IMG/VR virus record: IMGVR_UViG_3300022689_000080
Location: 1-59,990 of that record
Length of the DNA stretch: 59,990 bases
Source of the DNA: a virus
Lineage: Duplodnaviria > Caudoviricetes
Direction: 5' to 3' (one strand)
Positions within the stretch are counted from its first letter, which is position 1; each line of letters opens with the position of its first letter. Positions 40,580 to 49,892 of this stretch are shown piece after piece. A model generated the notes under the pieces. It saw nothing but the letters and a program-made list of their open reading frames with translations. It was not told the DNA's origin and did not search any database. A program made the position numbers and the translations under genes.

Positions 40580-41034
40580 ACTACTCCAAAGCAGAACGGG
40601 CCGCGATCACTCGGGCCCTGAATATCATCCGCGAGAACGGCCTGAGCGAGGATCGCGAGCAGGTTTGTTCGCCTCTTTCCTCTCGTCGCCTTATGCGCCT
40701 GCATTTCGCAACGCTGGACGCGCGCCGCGAGCATTTCGTTGCCGCCTTCCTCGATACCCAGCATGGCGTGATCGACGTGCGGACGATGTTCTCGGGGACC
40801 ATCGACGGCGCGGCCGTCTATCCGCGCGAGATCGCGCGCGTGGCGCTGGAGCTGGACGCTGCCGCCGTGATCCTCGCGCACAACCATCCGAGCGGCACCG
40901 AGACGCCGAGCGCAGCGGATCGAAAGGTCACGGCGCGCATACGCGACGGGCTGGCGCTATTCGACATTCGCACCCTCGATCATCTGATCCTGGGTGCCGT
41001 CATCTATTCGTTCGCTGAAAACGGCGACCTGTGA
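40576..41034 (+). CDS. radC: RadC-like JAB domain protein
   Basis: REHFVAAFLD, GTIDGAAVYPREI, AHNHPSG...PSAAD, LDHLI. Confidence 0.93.
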   Translation: MNYSKAERAAITRALNIIRENGLSEDREQVCSPLSSRRLMRLHFATLDARREHFVAAFLDTQHGVIDVRTMFSGTIDGAAVYPREIARVALELDAAAVILAHNHPSGTETPSAADRKVTARIRDGLALFDIRTLDHLILGAVIYSFAENGDL

Positions 41035-41046
41035 GGGAGGGGCAGC

Positions 41047-41376
41047 ATGACGTTTACACGAGATGAGGCGATGCAGTGTGCCGGTGTTCGCGCTTCGGCG
41101 CTGGAGTACATCGAGGAGCTGGCCGAAGCGGGCCACCAGCGGGCCGTGTACCTGCTGGCCGAGATCGACTCAGCGGCCGAGGAGCAGGAAGCGCTTCGCT
41201 GGTATGCAGTCAACTGGGAAACCTGCGACGGCGATTTTGAGGTCGATCCGGGCGCCGTCGTCAGCAAGGGCGACGATCCGGGCGCCTACGTGCAGGCGTG
41301 GGTGTGGGTCGATGGCAAGTACGCGCCGGATGACGTGAGGAACCTGGGTCGCGAGCCCGAGGAGTGCGCAGCATGA
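41047..41376 (+). CDS. Hypothetical protein
   Basis: 109 aa; EVD..AVVSKGDDPGAYVQAWVWV. Confidence 0.75.
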   Translation: MTFTRDEAMQCAGVRASALEYIEELAEAGHQRAVYLLAEIDSAAEEQEALRWYAVNWETCDGDFEVDPGAVVSKGDDPGAYVQAWVWVDGKYAPDDVRNLGREPEECAA

Positions 41377-41600
41377 GCGCATATACGTCTGTCCCGATCT
41401 TCCTTCCCGACGCGATAACCGTCCGGGTGCATACCGCGACCGTGGCCGGGAACGTCGGCCGGGACGTGAATCTTCAGGACTTTGCCGGCGGGCGCGCGAT
41501 GCGCCTGCTGCGCGAAAACCAGTCCGGCGAGCTGCTGGCCGAGGCTGTCGACCTGCGGACGAAGCAGGCAATCGAATTCATTCAGGGAGCAGAGCTGTGA
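41373..41600 (+). CDS. Hypothetical protein
   Basis: ATGA/GTGA coupled on both sides. Confidence 0.6.
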   Translation: MSAYTSVPIFLPDAITVRVHTATVAGNVGRDVNLQDFAGGRAMRLLRENQSGELLAEAVDLRTKQAIEFIQGAEL

Positions 41601-41887
41601 GCGAGAACGCGATAAGGCGAGTTTATGAAATGGACCCGGGGCACGGCTGGCTCCTGGTTCCCGTCGAGGATCTGCGGGTGCTGGGGATAGCAGATCGCAT
41701 CACGAGCTTCAGCTACGTCAGTCCGTGCGGCGGCGTGGCGGCGCTGGAGGAGGACGTTGATATGGCCACGTACATAAACGCCGAGCTGCGTCGAGGCCGG
41801 TCGGTCACGGTAGTGGACAGCTACAGCGACATCAGCTCAAGGATTCGCACGTGGCCGAGCTACAACACAGGGAGGGCGGCAGCATGA
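41597..41887 (+). CDS. Conserved hypothetical protein (DPGHGWL motif)
   Basis: DPGHGWLLVP...FSY...LEEDVD. Confidence 0.78.
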   Translation: MSENAIRRVYEMDPGHGWLLVPVEDLRVLGIADRITSFSYVSPCGGVAALEEDVDMATYINAELRRGRSVTVVDSYSDISSRIRTWPSYNTGRAAA

Positions 41888-42285
41888 GAATCGAGGTTGT
41901 TACCGATGACGGGCGGCGGAGCACGTACATCGAGCGGGGCGCGGCCGAGGCCGCGTTGATCGTCCACGAGTCCCTGCGGAATCGCATGACCGGCGAGTTT
42001 ATCGACGCGCACGATGGCGCTTACGAGCTGCGGGACGCGCTCATTGAGGTCGGTGAAGCCATCGAGCAAGTGTATTCCGAAGAGTTCGGAGAGGACCCCG
42101 AGAGCCTGACAGAGGTCGGCATGGATGCATGGGATTTTGATTATGTCGTCTGGTGCGCGGATCAGCTCTACGACGAGTGGGCAGTGGATCCGAACAGGCG
42201 CCGGCGCCGGCTGCTGACCGGCGAGGCTGCGCGGCAGGTCCTGGCTCGCGGCCTGCGCGAGCTGCGCGAGGAGTGCGGCGCATGA
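41884..42285 (+). CDS. Hypothetical protein
   Basis: Acidic, ATGA-coupled. Confidence 0.7.
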   Translation: MRIEVVTDDGRRSTYIERGAAEAALIVHESLRNRMTGEFIDAHDGAYELRDALIEVGEAIEQVYSEEFGEDPESLTEVGMDAWDFDYVVWCADQLYDEWAVDPNRRRRRLLTGEAARQVLARGLRELREECGA

Positions 42286-42413
42286 GCATCGGGAGCAGGA
42301 AGGTCACAAAGCGCCAGTGGTATGCGGCCGGCGGCTTTGCGAATCCCTTGTGCTGGCGCCGGGATCGAGGGCGCGGCTGGGAGTATTTCATTAGGGTGGA
42401 GGGTGCAGCATGA
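42282..42413 (+). CDS. Small hypothetical protein
   Basis: 43 aa, KRQWYAAGGFANP; ATGA-coupled. Confidence 0.6.
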   Translation: MSIGSRKVTKRQWYAAGGFANPLCWRRDRGRGWEYFIRVEGAA

Positions 42414-42775
42414 AATGCCCGGATTGTGGATCAACTGAAGGCTTTGCGGCCGATGCCCGTGTGTACCTGGATGGCGATCGGGACTACTGGCAGATGGAAT
42501 CGCCCTATGTGCCGCGCGATGTGACGTGCTTGGAGTGCGATCACGTGGCGCCGGCCGAGGCCTTCGAGGGCCTGCCAGTTCCAGAGCGCGCGCCGCCCTG
42601 CGTCTGCGACGATTGCGGATCGCCTCACGTGCAGGTGTCCGCGTGGCTGGAGTGGGACGCCAGGACCGGCGAGTACGTCGACACGGGCGACGAGGGCCCG
42701 AGCAGCTACGCATGGTGCCCGGACTGCGATAGCGAGACGGGGCTGCGGTATCCGGTGCGGGAGGCGGCAGCATGA
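42410..42775 (+). CDS. Double zinc-ribbon protein
   Basis: Four CxxC pairs. Confidence 0.75.
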   Translation: MKCPDCGSTEGFAADARVYLDGDRDYWQMESPYVPRDVTCLECDHVAPAEAFEGLPVPERAPPCVCDDCGSPHVQVSAWLEWDARTGEYVDTGDEGPSSYAWCPDCDSETGLRYPVREAAA

Positions 42776-42996
42776 CCAAGCTACATCGAAACCACTACCG
42801 GCGCGGGCGCTTCGAGGTTCGGGGCGTCCGGGTTGAGTGCGATGGCACCGAGGCCTGCATAACGCCATGCCTGCCTGACGAGGATCCGGAATTCTGGTCC
42901 GTGTACGAGGACGGGCCCGATGGCCTGCCGATGTGCATCAGGGACTACCGGACGCAAGCGGAGGCCGTCGCCTTCGTGGCGGGGGCGACGCGATGA
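42772..42996 (+). CDS. Hypothetical protein
   Basis: PEFWSVY...CIRDY.TQAEA; ATGA-coupled. Confidence 0.7.
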   Translation: MTKLHRNHYRRGRFEVRGVRVECDGTEACITPCLPDEDPEFWSVYEDGPDGLPMCIRDYRTQAEAVAFVAGATR

Positions 42997-43088
42997 CCGT
43001 TAACGAGATCTTGGGCACGGGGATCCTCGGCACCGTGCTGGCTTACTTGGCTATGGGGCTGGCCGTCTGGCTGGCCGGGAGGCGATGA
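42993..43088 (+). CDS. 31-aa single-TM peptide (not in ORF track)
   Basis: MTVNEILGTGILGTVLAYLAMGLAVWLAGRR, ATGA overlaps at both ends. Confidence 0.6.
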   Translation: MTVNEILGTGILGTVLAYLAMGLAVWLAGRR

Positions 43089-43519
43089 CAATGGCAACGA
43101 CGAAGAAGTGCGCCGGCTGCGGCGGTGATGACCTGGAGCTGCGGGCCGTGAGCCGCTGGAACGGCGATGCATGGGTGACGGCTGCGGAGCCTGTCGTGTG
43201 GTGTAACGACTGCGACGGCGAGCCGCAGGATGTGATCGAGTACAACCGGCGGGTGTGCCGCGTGTACGAGCATCGGATCCTGAAGTGGCCGTATATGAAT
43301 CGGCTGCTGCGCGACGACCCTGGTTACGACTTCCGCTTGACTGACGTCGAGCAGGAAGCGCTGTACAACCTGCAACGCAGGCGCGCCGGCCGATGGTTCT
43401 TGCTGGAGCAGGACGGCGGTTACGGGAAGTGCGAAGCGACCGGCCGGGAGGGCGATCTGATCCGGGCGATCTTCGTTACGGAGCCGATGATGACCGACGA
43501 TATTGGGGTGGCGGCATGA
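43085..43519 (+). CDS. Zinc-ribbon hypothetical protein
   Basis: CAGC...WCNDC. Confidence 0.7.
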   Translation: MTMATTKKCAGCGGDDLELRAVSRWNGDAWVTAAEPVVWCNDCDGEPQDVIEYNRRVCRVYEHRILKWPYMNRLLRDDPGYDFRLTDVEQEALYNLQRRRAGRWFLLEQDGGYGKCEATGREGDLIRAIFVTEPMMTDDIGVAA

Positions 43520-43872
43520 GCGATATTACCGTGCGCATTGACCCGTGCGAGGGCTTCGAGGGCGCGGAGCGCGGACGGCTGGTAGAGGCCTGCGGGCTCC
43601 TGCTGCCGTGGGCGGTCCTGGCTCTAAGCGTGGGCGTGGAGGCTGGCGAGGAGCTGCGCGACAAGATGGCCGAGCTGTACCAGTTCGGGATCCATGAAAG
43701 CGTAGGCGGGAGCGTGGACCGTGATGGGGTATACAGTTATCCGGAGGATCCGCCGATGCGGCCGCTTGCCTCGGTGATAGACTCTGAAGGCCATGAAGCG
43801 CTGATCTATCAGCATGCGGTGATCGCATTTCGTGATCGCGCCGGCTGGTGCTACGTGACGCGCATGGACTGA
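43516..43872 (+). CDS. Hypothetical protein
   Basis: YSYPEDPPMRPL...VTRMD; ATGA-coupled. Confidence 0.72.
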   Translation: MSDITVRIDPCEGFEGAERGRLVEACGLLLPWAVLALSVGVEAGEELRDKMAELYQFGIHESVGGSVDRDGVYSYPEDPPMRPLASVIDSEGHEALIYQHAVIAFRDRAGWCYVTRMD

Positions 43873-43881
43873 CCCGGGAAG

Positions 43882-43909
43882 TTAAACCCAGCGCCTGCGG
43901 TGCTAGGCT
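43882..43909 (+). promoter_or_regulatory. Putative phage-class promoter (TTAAAC-16-TAGGCT)
   Basis: Recurrent motif, intergenic. Confidence 0.6.
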
Positions 43910-43979
43910 GGAAGTCTGATCCGGCGGGCCCTCGAAGTGGTTGAGGCCTGCCGGATCCGCTCCTGATCTGGCTGGCGCC

Positions 43980-44183
43980 ATGACTGGAGATCTACCGAAA
44001 GACGCCGAGAACCAATCCGAAACCATGCCCGCCCAGTGTCCACAATGCCGCGAGGAGCTAACCGCCCTGTGCCGCTGCTTGTGGGATCCGACGCAAGGTG
44101 AATGGGTGGTAACAGGTGAGCCGGTATCCGTGAGCTGCAATAGCTGCGGGTACGAGGCGGGCCGAGAGGCCGATACACCATAG
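43980..44183 (+). CDS. Small zinc-ribbon protein
   Basis: CPQC...CNSC; start uncertain. Confidence 0.5.
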   Translation: MTGDLPKDAENQSETMPAQCPQCREELTALCRCLWDPTQGEWVVTGEPVSVSCNSCGYEAGREADTP

Positions 44184-44203
44184 GGGCCCGCGCGGCCCCT
44201 TTT
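44182..44203 (+). terminator. Rho-independent terminator
   Basis: AGGGGCC-CGCGC-GGCCCCT-TTT. Confidence 0.7.
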
Positions 44204-44316
44204 GCGTTTCAGGGCGCAGGAGCTGGCCCAGGATCGCCGCCTCGCCCTCTGGCTGGCCATCCCCCCTCCCATAGGCACATAGAGCCCACAAGGGCCCGCA
44301 GACCCCTCCCACGGGA

Positions 44317-44344
44317 TTAAACCGAATCCCTGCCCGCCTAGAAT
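44317..44344 (+). promoter_or_regulatory. Putative late promoter of terminase operon (TTAAAC-16-TAGAAT)
   Basis: Recurrent motif 37 bp before terS. Confidence 0.65.
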
Positions 44345-44380
44345 CCTAGCCCTGTCATTACAGGAGCCCGGGATACTCAC

Positions 44381-44992
44381 ATGGGGCGCCCAAAGAAGCC
44401 ACCAACGCTGACCGCCCGACAACGCCGCTTTGCTGCGGAGTTCGTCATAGACCACAACATGACGCAGGCCGCTATCCGTGCAGGGTACTCGAAGGCCTCA
44501 GCTCGTAATATGGGATCGGAGCTGATGAAAAGGCCGGGGGTGCGGGCCCTGGTGAGCGAGCTGGAATCCAAGACCACGGAGCGGCTGGGGATCACGGCTG
44601 AGTATGTCCTGAACGAGGCCAAAGGCCTGTACGAGGATCTGCGCGGCGAGATCCGCCGACTACTGACCGAGGCGGCGCGGCTGGAGCTGGAGCAGGGCGA
44701 CCCGGACGCCATCGCAGACCCCGAGGAGCGTATCAAGGCGCTTGAGGCCAGGATCTCGAAGCGGATCCCTGCTGATCTGGCTGGCCGTGCCATCGCGGCG
44801 CTGGACCTGCTGGGCAAGCACCGGACCATCGCGGCGTGGAAGGAGATCGAGCAGCACGGCGGCGCGTCGGTGGAGGGGCTGGTTGAGTCGCTGGAGCGGG
44901 CTATGGACCGCGTTGCCTCCTCTCGCCTCAAACCCGAGGACGTGGGGCTGCGTGAGATCTCCCCGGGCCGCTTCGAGGCCGTGAAGCATTAA
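44381..44992 (+). CDS. terS: Terminase small subunit
   Basis: LTARQRRFAAEF..D.NMTQAAIRAGYS; ALDLLGKH. Confidence 0.93.
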   Translation: MGRPKKPPTLTARQRRFAAEFVIDHNMTQAAIRAGYSKASARNMGSELMKRPGVRALVSELESKTTERLGITAEYVLNEAKGLYEDLRGEIRRLLTEAARLELEQGDPDAIADPEERIKALEARISKRIPADLAGRAIAALDLLGKHRTIAAWKEIEQHGGASVEGLVESLERAMDRVASSRLKPEDVGLREISPGRFEAVKH

Positions 44993-45041
44993 GGCCTCGC
45001 CGGTCAAGGTATCGGATGCGGAGCTGCTGCTACAGGAGCAG

Positions 45042-46436
45042 GTGCAGCGCTTCGTCTATGACCCCTACGGCTTCGTGCTGTGGGCCTTCCCCTGGGGCTC
45101 GGGCGAGCTGGAGGGCGAAGAGGGCCCCGACGTGTGGCAGGCGCGCCAACTTATGGAGGTCGGATCCACGTGGCTCGATGACCCGGAGGCGACGATACAG
45201 GAGGCCATCGCATCGGGGCACGGCATCGGCAAGTCGGCGCAGGTGTCGTGGCTGATCCTGTGGATGATGGCGACCCGTCCCTTCCTGGCTGGCTGGGTGA
45301 CGGCGAACACAAAGACTCAGCTCACATCCAAGACGTGGCGCGAGTTGGCCGTGTGGCACAACCGGCTGATCTGCCGGCACTGGTTCAAATGGAGCCCGAC
45401 GCGCTTCTTCCACGTGGACCACCCCAAGACCTGGGGCGTCGACGCGATCCCGTGGAGCGCCCATAACTCCGAGGCCTTCGCAGGCCTGCACGCGAAGCAC
45501 GTCCTGATGATGATGGACGAAGCGTCCGGTATCGACGATGTGATCTGGGAGGTGGCATCCGGGGCCATGACGACGCCGCGCGCGGCGTGGTTCGTGTTCG
45601 GCAACCCGACGAAGAACACAGGCATGTTCCGTGAGTGCTTCGGCCGGAACCGTCACCGCTGGCGCTGCCGGCAGATTGACAGTCGGTCCTGCAAAAAGAC
45701 CAACAAGGCCAAGCTGCAAGAGTGGATCGACGACAACGGCCTGGACTCCGACTATGTGCGCGTCCGGGTTCGTGGCGAGTTCCCGCGCGTCGGCACCAAC
45801 CAGCTAATCAGCTCCGAGGATGTCCAGCTCGCGCGCGATTTTGAGATTCCGAGCGAGGATCATCTGCATTTCCCGATCACGATAGGCGTGGACGTGGCGC
45901 GCTTCGGGCAGGACGAAACCGTGGTGCTGGTGCGCCAGGGCCGCAAGGTGCTGGAGATCAAGGCCTACCGGGGCCTGAACAACATACAGGCCGGGGCCCG
46001 CGTGGCGGAGATCTACCGCGAGTATGGCGAAGGGACCATCCAGGTGGATGAAGTGGGGCTCGGCGGCGGCGTGGTCGACTACCTGAACACGGCCGGCTAT
46101 CCGGTGATCGGCGTCAATGCCGGATCCCGGGCCGACGATGACCGGCGCTACTACAACAAGCGGGCGGAAATGTGGCATCGCATGTCGAAGTGGCTGGAAA
46201 CGTCCGTCGATATTCCCGATGACCCTGTGTTGTGCGATCAGCTCGTGGCGCTGGAGTACGAGTACGACCTGAAGGAGCGGATCAAGCTGGAGCGTAAGGA
46301 GGATCTGAAAGAGCGCTTGCCGGGGCTGGGCTCGCCTGACCGGGCCGAGGCCCTGGCGCTGACCTTTGCCAACGTGATCGCGCCGAACCGCACCACGAGA
46401 TCCTTTGAGCCGGAACCGGAGATCGAGGCGATATGA
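45042..46436 (+). CDS. terL: Terminase large subunit (true start may be upstream)
   Basis: ASGHGIGKS, DEASGI, GNPT, GVDVARFGQD, SPDRAEALALTFA. Confidence 0.95.
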   Translation: MQRFVYDPYGFVLWAFPWGSGELEGEEGPDVWQARQLMEVGSTWLDDPEATIQEAIASGHGIGKSAQVSWLILWMMATRPFLAGWVTANTKTQLTSKTWRELAVWHNRLICRHWFKWSPTRFFHVDHPKTWGVDAIPWSAHNSEAFAGLHAKHVLMMMDEASGIDDVIWEVASGAMTTPRAAWFVFGNPTKNTGMFRECFGRNRHRWRCRQIDSRSCKKTNKAKLQEWIDDNGLDSDYVRVRVRGEFPRVGTNQLISSEDVQLARDFEIPSEDHLHFPITIGVDVARFGQDETVVLVRQGRKVLEIKAYRGLNNIQAGARVAEIYREYGEGTIQVDEVGLGGGVVDYLNTAGYPVIGVNAGSRADDDRRYYNKRAEMWHRMSKWLETSVDIPDDPVLCDQLVALEYEYDLKERIKLERKEDLKERLPGLGSPDRAEALALTFANVIAPNRTTRSFEPEPEIEAI

Positions 46437-46642
46437 CGCAGCGCAATTACATCCCATCGCTGAAGCAGGTGATCGAGTACCTGGAGCTGAATGGGCAGAA
46501 GGAAATGGTCGAGACGCTGAAAGAGCGCTGCGTGCCGCGCTCGGAGCTGAACTGGTACAAGAATCGGTATCAGGCGCTCTATCGCAAGGTGCACGGCAAG
46601 CGGCTGAACTACCACAAGACGCGGGAGGGGCGCGCGGCATGA
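46433..46642 (+). CDS. Hypothetical protein
   Basis: ATGA-coupled 69 aa. Confidence 0.65.
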   Translation: MTQRNYIPSLKQVIEYLELNGQKEMVETLKERCVPRSELNWYKNRYQALYRKVHGKRLNYHKTREGRAA

Positions 46643-46878
46643 CGATGATGATGCGGTTTGTGTACGAGGAGCCCGTGCGGCCTGTGACCTGGGGCCCGGA
46701 GATCTGCCACGGGTGCGGGATCGAGCGGGTGTCGGTCGACGTCCTGTCCGGAGATCTGCGCGACTGCCGGGAGCGGATGGGCGTGGCGCGGGAGCTGATC
46801 GAGGACGCGCTGGACCATGAAGGATTCGAGGATCGGGAGCGCTTCCTGGTCGAGGCGTCGATGGTGCTGCAACAATGA
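46639..46878 (+). CDS. Hypothetical protein
   Basis: ATGA-coupled, GGGAGG RBS. Confidence 0.6.
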   Translation: MTMMMRFVYEEPVRPVTWGPEICHGCGIERVSVDVLSGDLRDCRERMGVARELIEDALDHEGFEDRERFLVEASMVLQQ

Positions 46879-46939
46879 GGGAGGCGCTGGGTGTGATTGG
46901 GGTTTTCCTTCTGGCGGTCCTGTACTGGATGGCCGTCGC

Positions 46940-47266
46940 ATGAGCGTGGACCTTGAGCAGGATCTTCAGGTGCGCCGCGCCCGGGTGCAGCGCTCGGTGG
47001 GCATGGCCGTGTCGAAGGCGTACCCGCAGCATCTGTGGAAGGTGATGGTGTCGGATGATGGGACGGTGGCTCAGGTGATCTGCCCGGGCCTGTCGACGAA
47101 GTACGGCGTGGTGATCCATGCCAACCAGAGCCAGGAAGCGATGGACCGCAAGGCGATAAAGCTGTGCGGCGAGCTGCTGGAGCGCTACCACATGCGGCGC
47201 GACGTGATGCGCTTCGAGGGCGACCGCAACATACCGCTGGGCGGGCTGGCGGCGCGCTGCCGTTAA
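46940..47266 (+). CDS. Conserved hypothetical protein
   Basis: KAYPQHLWKV...GELLERY.M.R; preceded by a coupled 22-aa hydrophobic ORF 46875-46943. Confidence 0.72.
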   Translation: MSVDLEQDLQVRRARVQRSVGMAVSKAYPQHLWKVMVSDDGTVAQVICPGLSTKYGVVIHANQSQEAMDRKAIKLCGELLERYHMRRDVMRFEGDRNIPLGGLAARCR

Positions 47267-47290
47267 ACCCAACTGCGCGCGGCCTATGAT
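47263..47290 (+). promoter_or_regulatory. Putative late promoter of portal/capsid operon (TTAAAC-16-TATGAT)
   Basis: Recurrent motif. Confidence 0.65.
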
Positions 47291-47418
47291 CGCGGTATGA
47301 TGACATTCCCCCCGTCCCACGGTCCCCACGGCCGGCAGCGCCCAACTCCCGTAGGCAACGCACGGGGCGGGGGGTTCTTTTCGCGTCCGGCGTCCTGCCG
47401 GAGCATGGAAAGCCCACA

Positions 47419-49551
47419 ATGAGCCAGCGCGGAACCGACGAGCGTCACCCGTCCGAGGTCGACGAGTATTCGAGTGGGATACAGGACGACGACCGGCGTT
47501 GGCTGGACCGGATTCGCGTCGGCTTCCAGATCTCGAACTCCTACCTCGATGACGGGGTGCGCAAGGAATGGGAGAACGCCCTGGCGCGCTTCCAGAACGA
47601 GCATCCGCAGGGCAGCAAGTACCATTCGCCGCTGTACCGGGGCCGCTCGAAGCACTTCCGGCCCAAGACCCGCAGCTATGCGCGCAGGGTGGAGGCGACG
47701 GCCGCGAAAGCGCTGTTCTCGAACTCCGACCTGATTAACGTCCAGGGCCAGAACAAGGGCAGCGCGGTGCAGGCCGCGTCGGCGCTCCTCAACAAGCAGC
47801 TCCTCCAGTATCGCCTCGAACACTCGATCCCGTGGTTCTCGACTTCGATGGGCGCGCGGCAGGACGCTTTCAACTACGGCGTGTGCATTTCGATAGAAGG
47901 CTGGCTCTACGAGGAGGAGGAGACGGAAGAGCTGGTGCCGGTGCTGGACGAGCTGGGCCAGCCACTGGTGGATCCGGAGACGGGCGAGGAGCTGGGCGAG
48001 CCGGTGCGCTCGACGCGCATCGTGAAGGACAGGCCTTACATCGACCTGATCCCGCCGGAGAATTTCCGCTTCGACCCCAACGCCGACTGGCGCAACCCTG
48101 TGGCCGATTCTCCGTTCCTGACGGTGATGATGCCCATGTACGCCTACGAGGTCATCGAGCGGGGGCAGAAGAGGAATCCCGTGACCGGCGAGCCGGAATG
48201 GCGCGAGTACACGCTGGCGCAGATCCTGGCAGCGGACGGCGGCAAGACGATCAACGAAGTGATCCGGCAGGCGCGGCAGGGCCGCAGTCGGCAGGATCCG
48301 CTGGACTCGATCAGCGGCGACGAGTTTTCGCCCGTGTGGGTCCACTTGAACATCGTCCGCGACGGTGGCCGGGACTGGGCGTTCTACTCGCTGGGCACGA
48401 CGCTGCTTCTGACGGATCCGGTGCCGGCGGAAGAGCTGCTGCCCCTGGGCCGCGAAGCGATCACGGTGGGCTTCTCCATCATCGAGGCGCACCGTACCTA
48501 TCCCATCGGCGGCAACCGGCTGGCGGCGCCCATGCAGTCGGAGATCAACGATCTCACGAACCAGCGCATGGACAACGTGAAGCTGGCCCTGAACAAGCGC
48601 TACATCCTGCGCCGCAACGCGAACGTGGACACGTCGGCGCTGATGCGGTCGGTCCCCGGTGGCGGCGTGATGGCGGAAGATCCGGACCGCGACGTGCGGG
48701 TGCTGGACTTCCCCGACGTGACGGGTTCCAGCTATCAGGAGCATGACCGCCTCGCCCAGGAGCTGGACGAGCTGGCTGGCATGTTCTCGGGATCGTCGGT
48801 GCAGGCGAACCGCTCGCTGAACGAGACGGTGGGCGGCATGAACCTGTTGCAGGGCGATGCCAACGACGTGTCCGAGTACGAGCTGCGCGTGTGGATCGAG
48901 ACGTGGGTGGAGCCGGTGCTGCGCAAGTTGCAGAAGCTCGAGGCCATGTTCGAGACGGACGAGACGGTGCTGGCGCTTGCGGCCGAGAACGCGGAGATCT
49001 TCCAGCGCTACGGGCAGGGTGTCGAGCTGGACCGGCTGATAGATCACGAGCTGATCGTGTCGGTGAACGTGGGCATGGGCAACACGAACCCGCAGCAGCG
49101 CCTCCAGCGCTTCGGCGCGGTGCTTCAGACGGCCGGATCCATACCGGAGATCTCGGCGCGCCTGAACGGCGAAGAGGTTGGCCGGGAGGTATTCGCCCTG
49201 GGTGGCTTCGACGACGGCGAGCGGTTCTTCGTGTCGGAGGAGGAGCTGGCGCAGCGGCAGCAGGCGCAGCAGGCCCCGGATTCGAGCGTGGAAGTGGCGA
49301 AGATCCGGGCGCAGGCCGAGATGCAGAAGCATCAGGAGACGCTGGCCTTCGAGGCCCAGCAGCGCGAGCTGGATCGCCAGCAGCGCATGGGTGAGAAGGC
49401 CGCGGAGCTGAATCTTAAACTGAAAGACCTCTATGAAAAGATTGGCGTCGAGCGCGACAGGAACCAGACCGCGCGCGATGTAGCGGCGGTGCGGGAAAAC
49501 TCGAAAACCCGTGAAATGAACCTGAAGGCGCGCATGGGGTCGGGCATCTGA
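47419..49551 (+). CDS. Portal protein
   Basis: 710 aa after terL; FRPKTR, ENFRFDP, NQRMDNVKLALN, ETVGGMNL; C-terminal helical barrel. Confidence 0.88.
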   Translation: MSQRGTDERHPSEVDEYSSGIQDDDRRWLDRIRVGFQISNSYLDDGVRKEWENALARFQNEHPQGSKYHSPLYRGRSKHFRPKTRSYARRVEATAAKALFSNSDLINVQGQNKGSAVQAASALLNKQLLQYRLEHSIPWFSTSMGARQDAFNYGVCISIEGWLYEEEETEELVPVLDELGQPLVDPETGEELGEPVRSTRIVKDRPYIDLIPPENFRFDPNADWRNPVADSPFLTVMMPMYAYEVIERGQKRNPVTGEPEWREYTLAQILAADGGKTINEVIRQARQGRSRQDPLDSISGDEFSPVWVHLNIVRDGGRDWAFYSLGTTLLLTDPVPAEELLPLGREAITVGFSIIEAHRTYPIGGNRLAAPMQSEINDLTNQRMDNVKLALNKRYILRRNANVDTSALMRSVPGGGVMAEDPDRDVRVLDFPDVTGSSYQEHDRLAQELDELAGMFSGSSVQANRSLNETVGGMNLLQGDANDVSEYELRVWIETWVEPVLRKLQKLEAMFETDETVLALAAENAEIFQRYGQGVELDRLIDHELIVSVNVGMGNTNPQQRLQRFGAVLQTAGSIPEISARLNGEEVGREVFALGGFDDGERFFVSEEELAQRQQAQQAPDSSVEVAKIRAQAEMQKHQETLAFEAQQRELDRQQRMGEKAAELNLKLKDLYEKIGVERDRNQTARDVAAVRENSKTREMNLKARMGSGI

Positions 49552-49892
49552 TGGGCCAGAGCATTGAAGAGCAGCTTGCCAGTGCGGAAATGTCCATCGA
49601 GTTCGAGGATGCGCGCGAAGAGTCGCTGATCCGCGAAGCGGTGAAGGGCCAGGAGGCCCGCGAATGGCTCCTTTCCCCGGTGGGGCGGTCGGTCATCGAA
49701 AAGGCGCGGGAGGATCAGGAATACCTGCGCGCAAAGATTGCGCAGATCCGGCCGAACACGCCCTGGCGGCGTCGGAAGATCGAAGAGCTGCAACAGGAAT
49801 ACAGGTCGATCCAGCGCGCAATTAGCTGGCTGGCCGACACGGTGCGGATCGGCGTTGAAGCCGAGCGCGAATTGATGGAGGTCGACAAGTGA
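49551..49892 (+). CDS. Hypothetical head-associated protein
   Basis: 113 aa between portal and scaffold. Confidence 0.7.
   Translation: MGQSIEEQLASAEMSIEFEDAREESLIREAVKGQEAREWLLSPVGRSVIEKAREDQEYLRAKIAQIRPNTPWRRRKIEELQQEYRSIQRAISWLADTVRIGVEAERELMEVDK

Noticed and set aside
44351-44364. Second LexA box before terS
   Set aside because: CTGT and ACAG are 4 bp apart, not 8
49415-49442. Seventh copy of the TTAAAC promoter motif
   Set aside because: Reads TTAAACTG and has no TANNNT at 16-bp spacing
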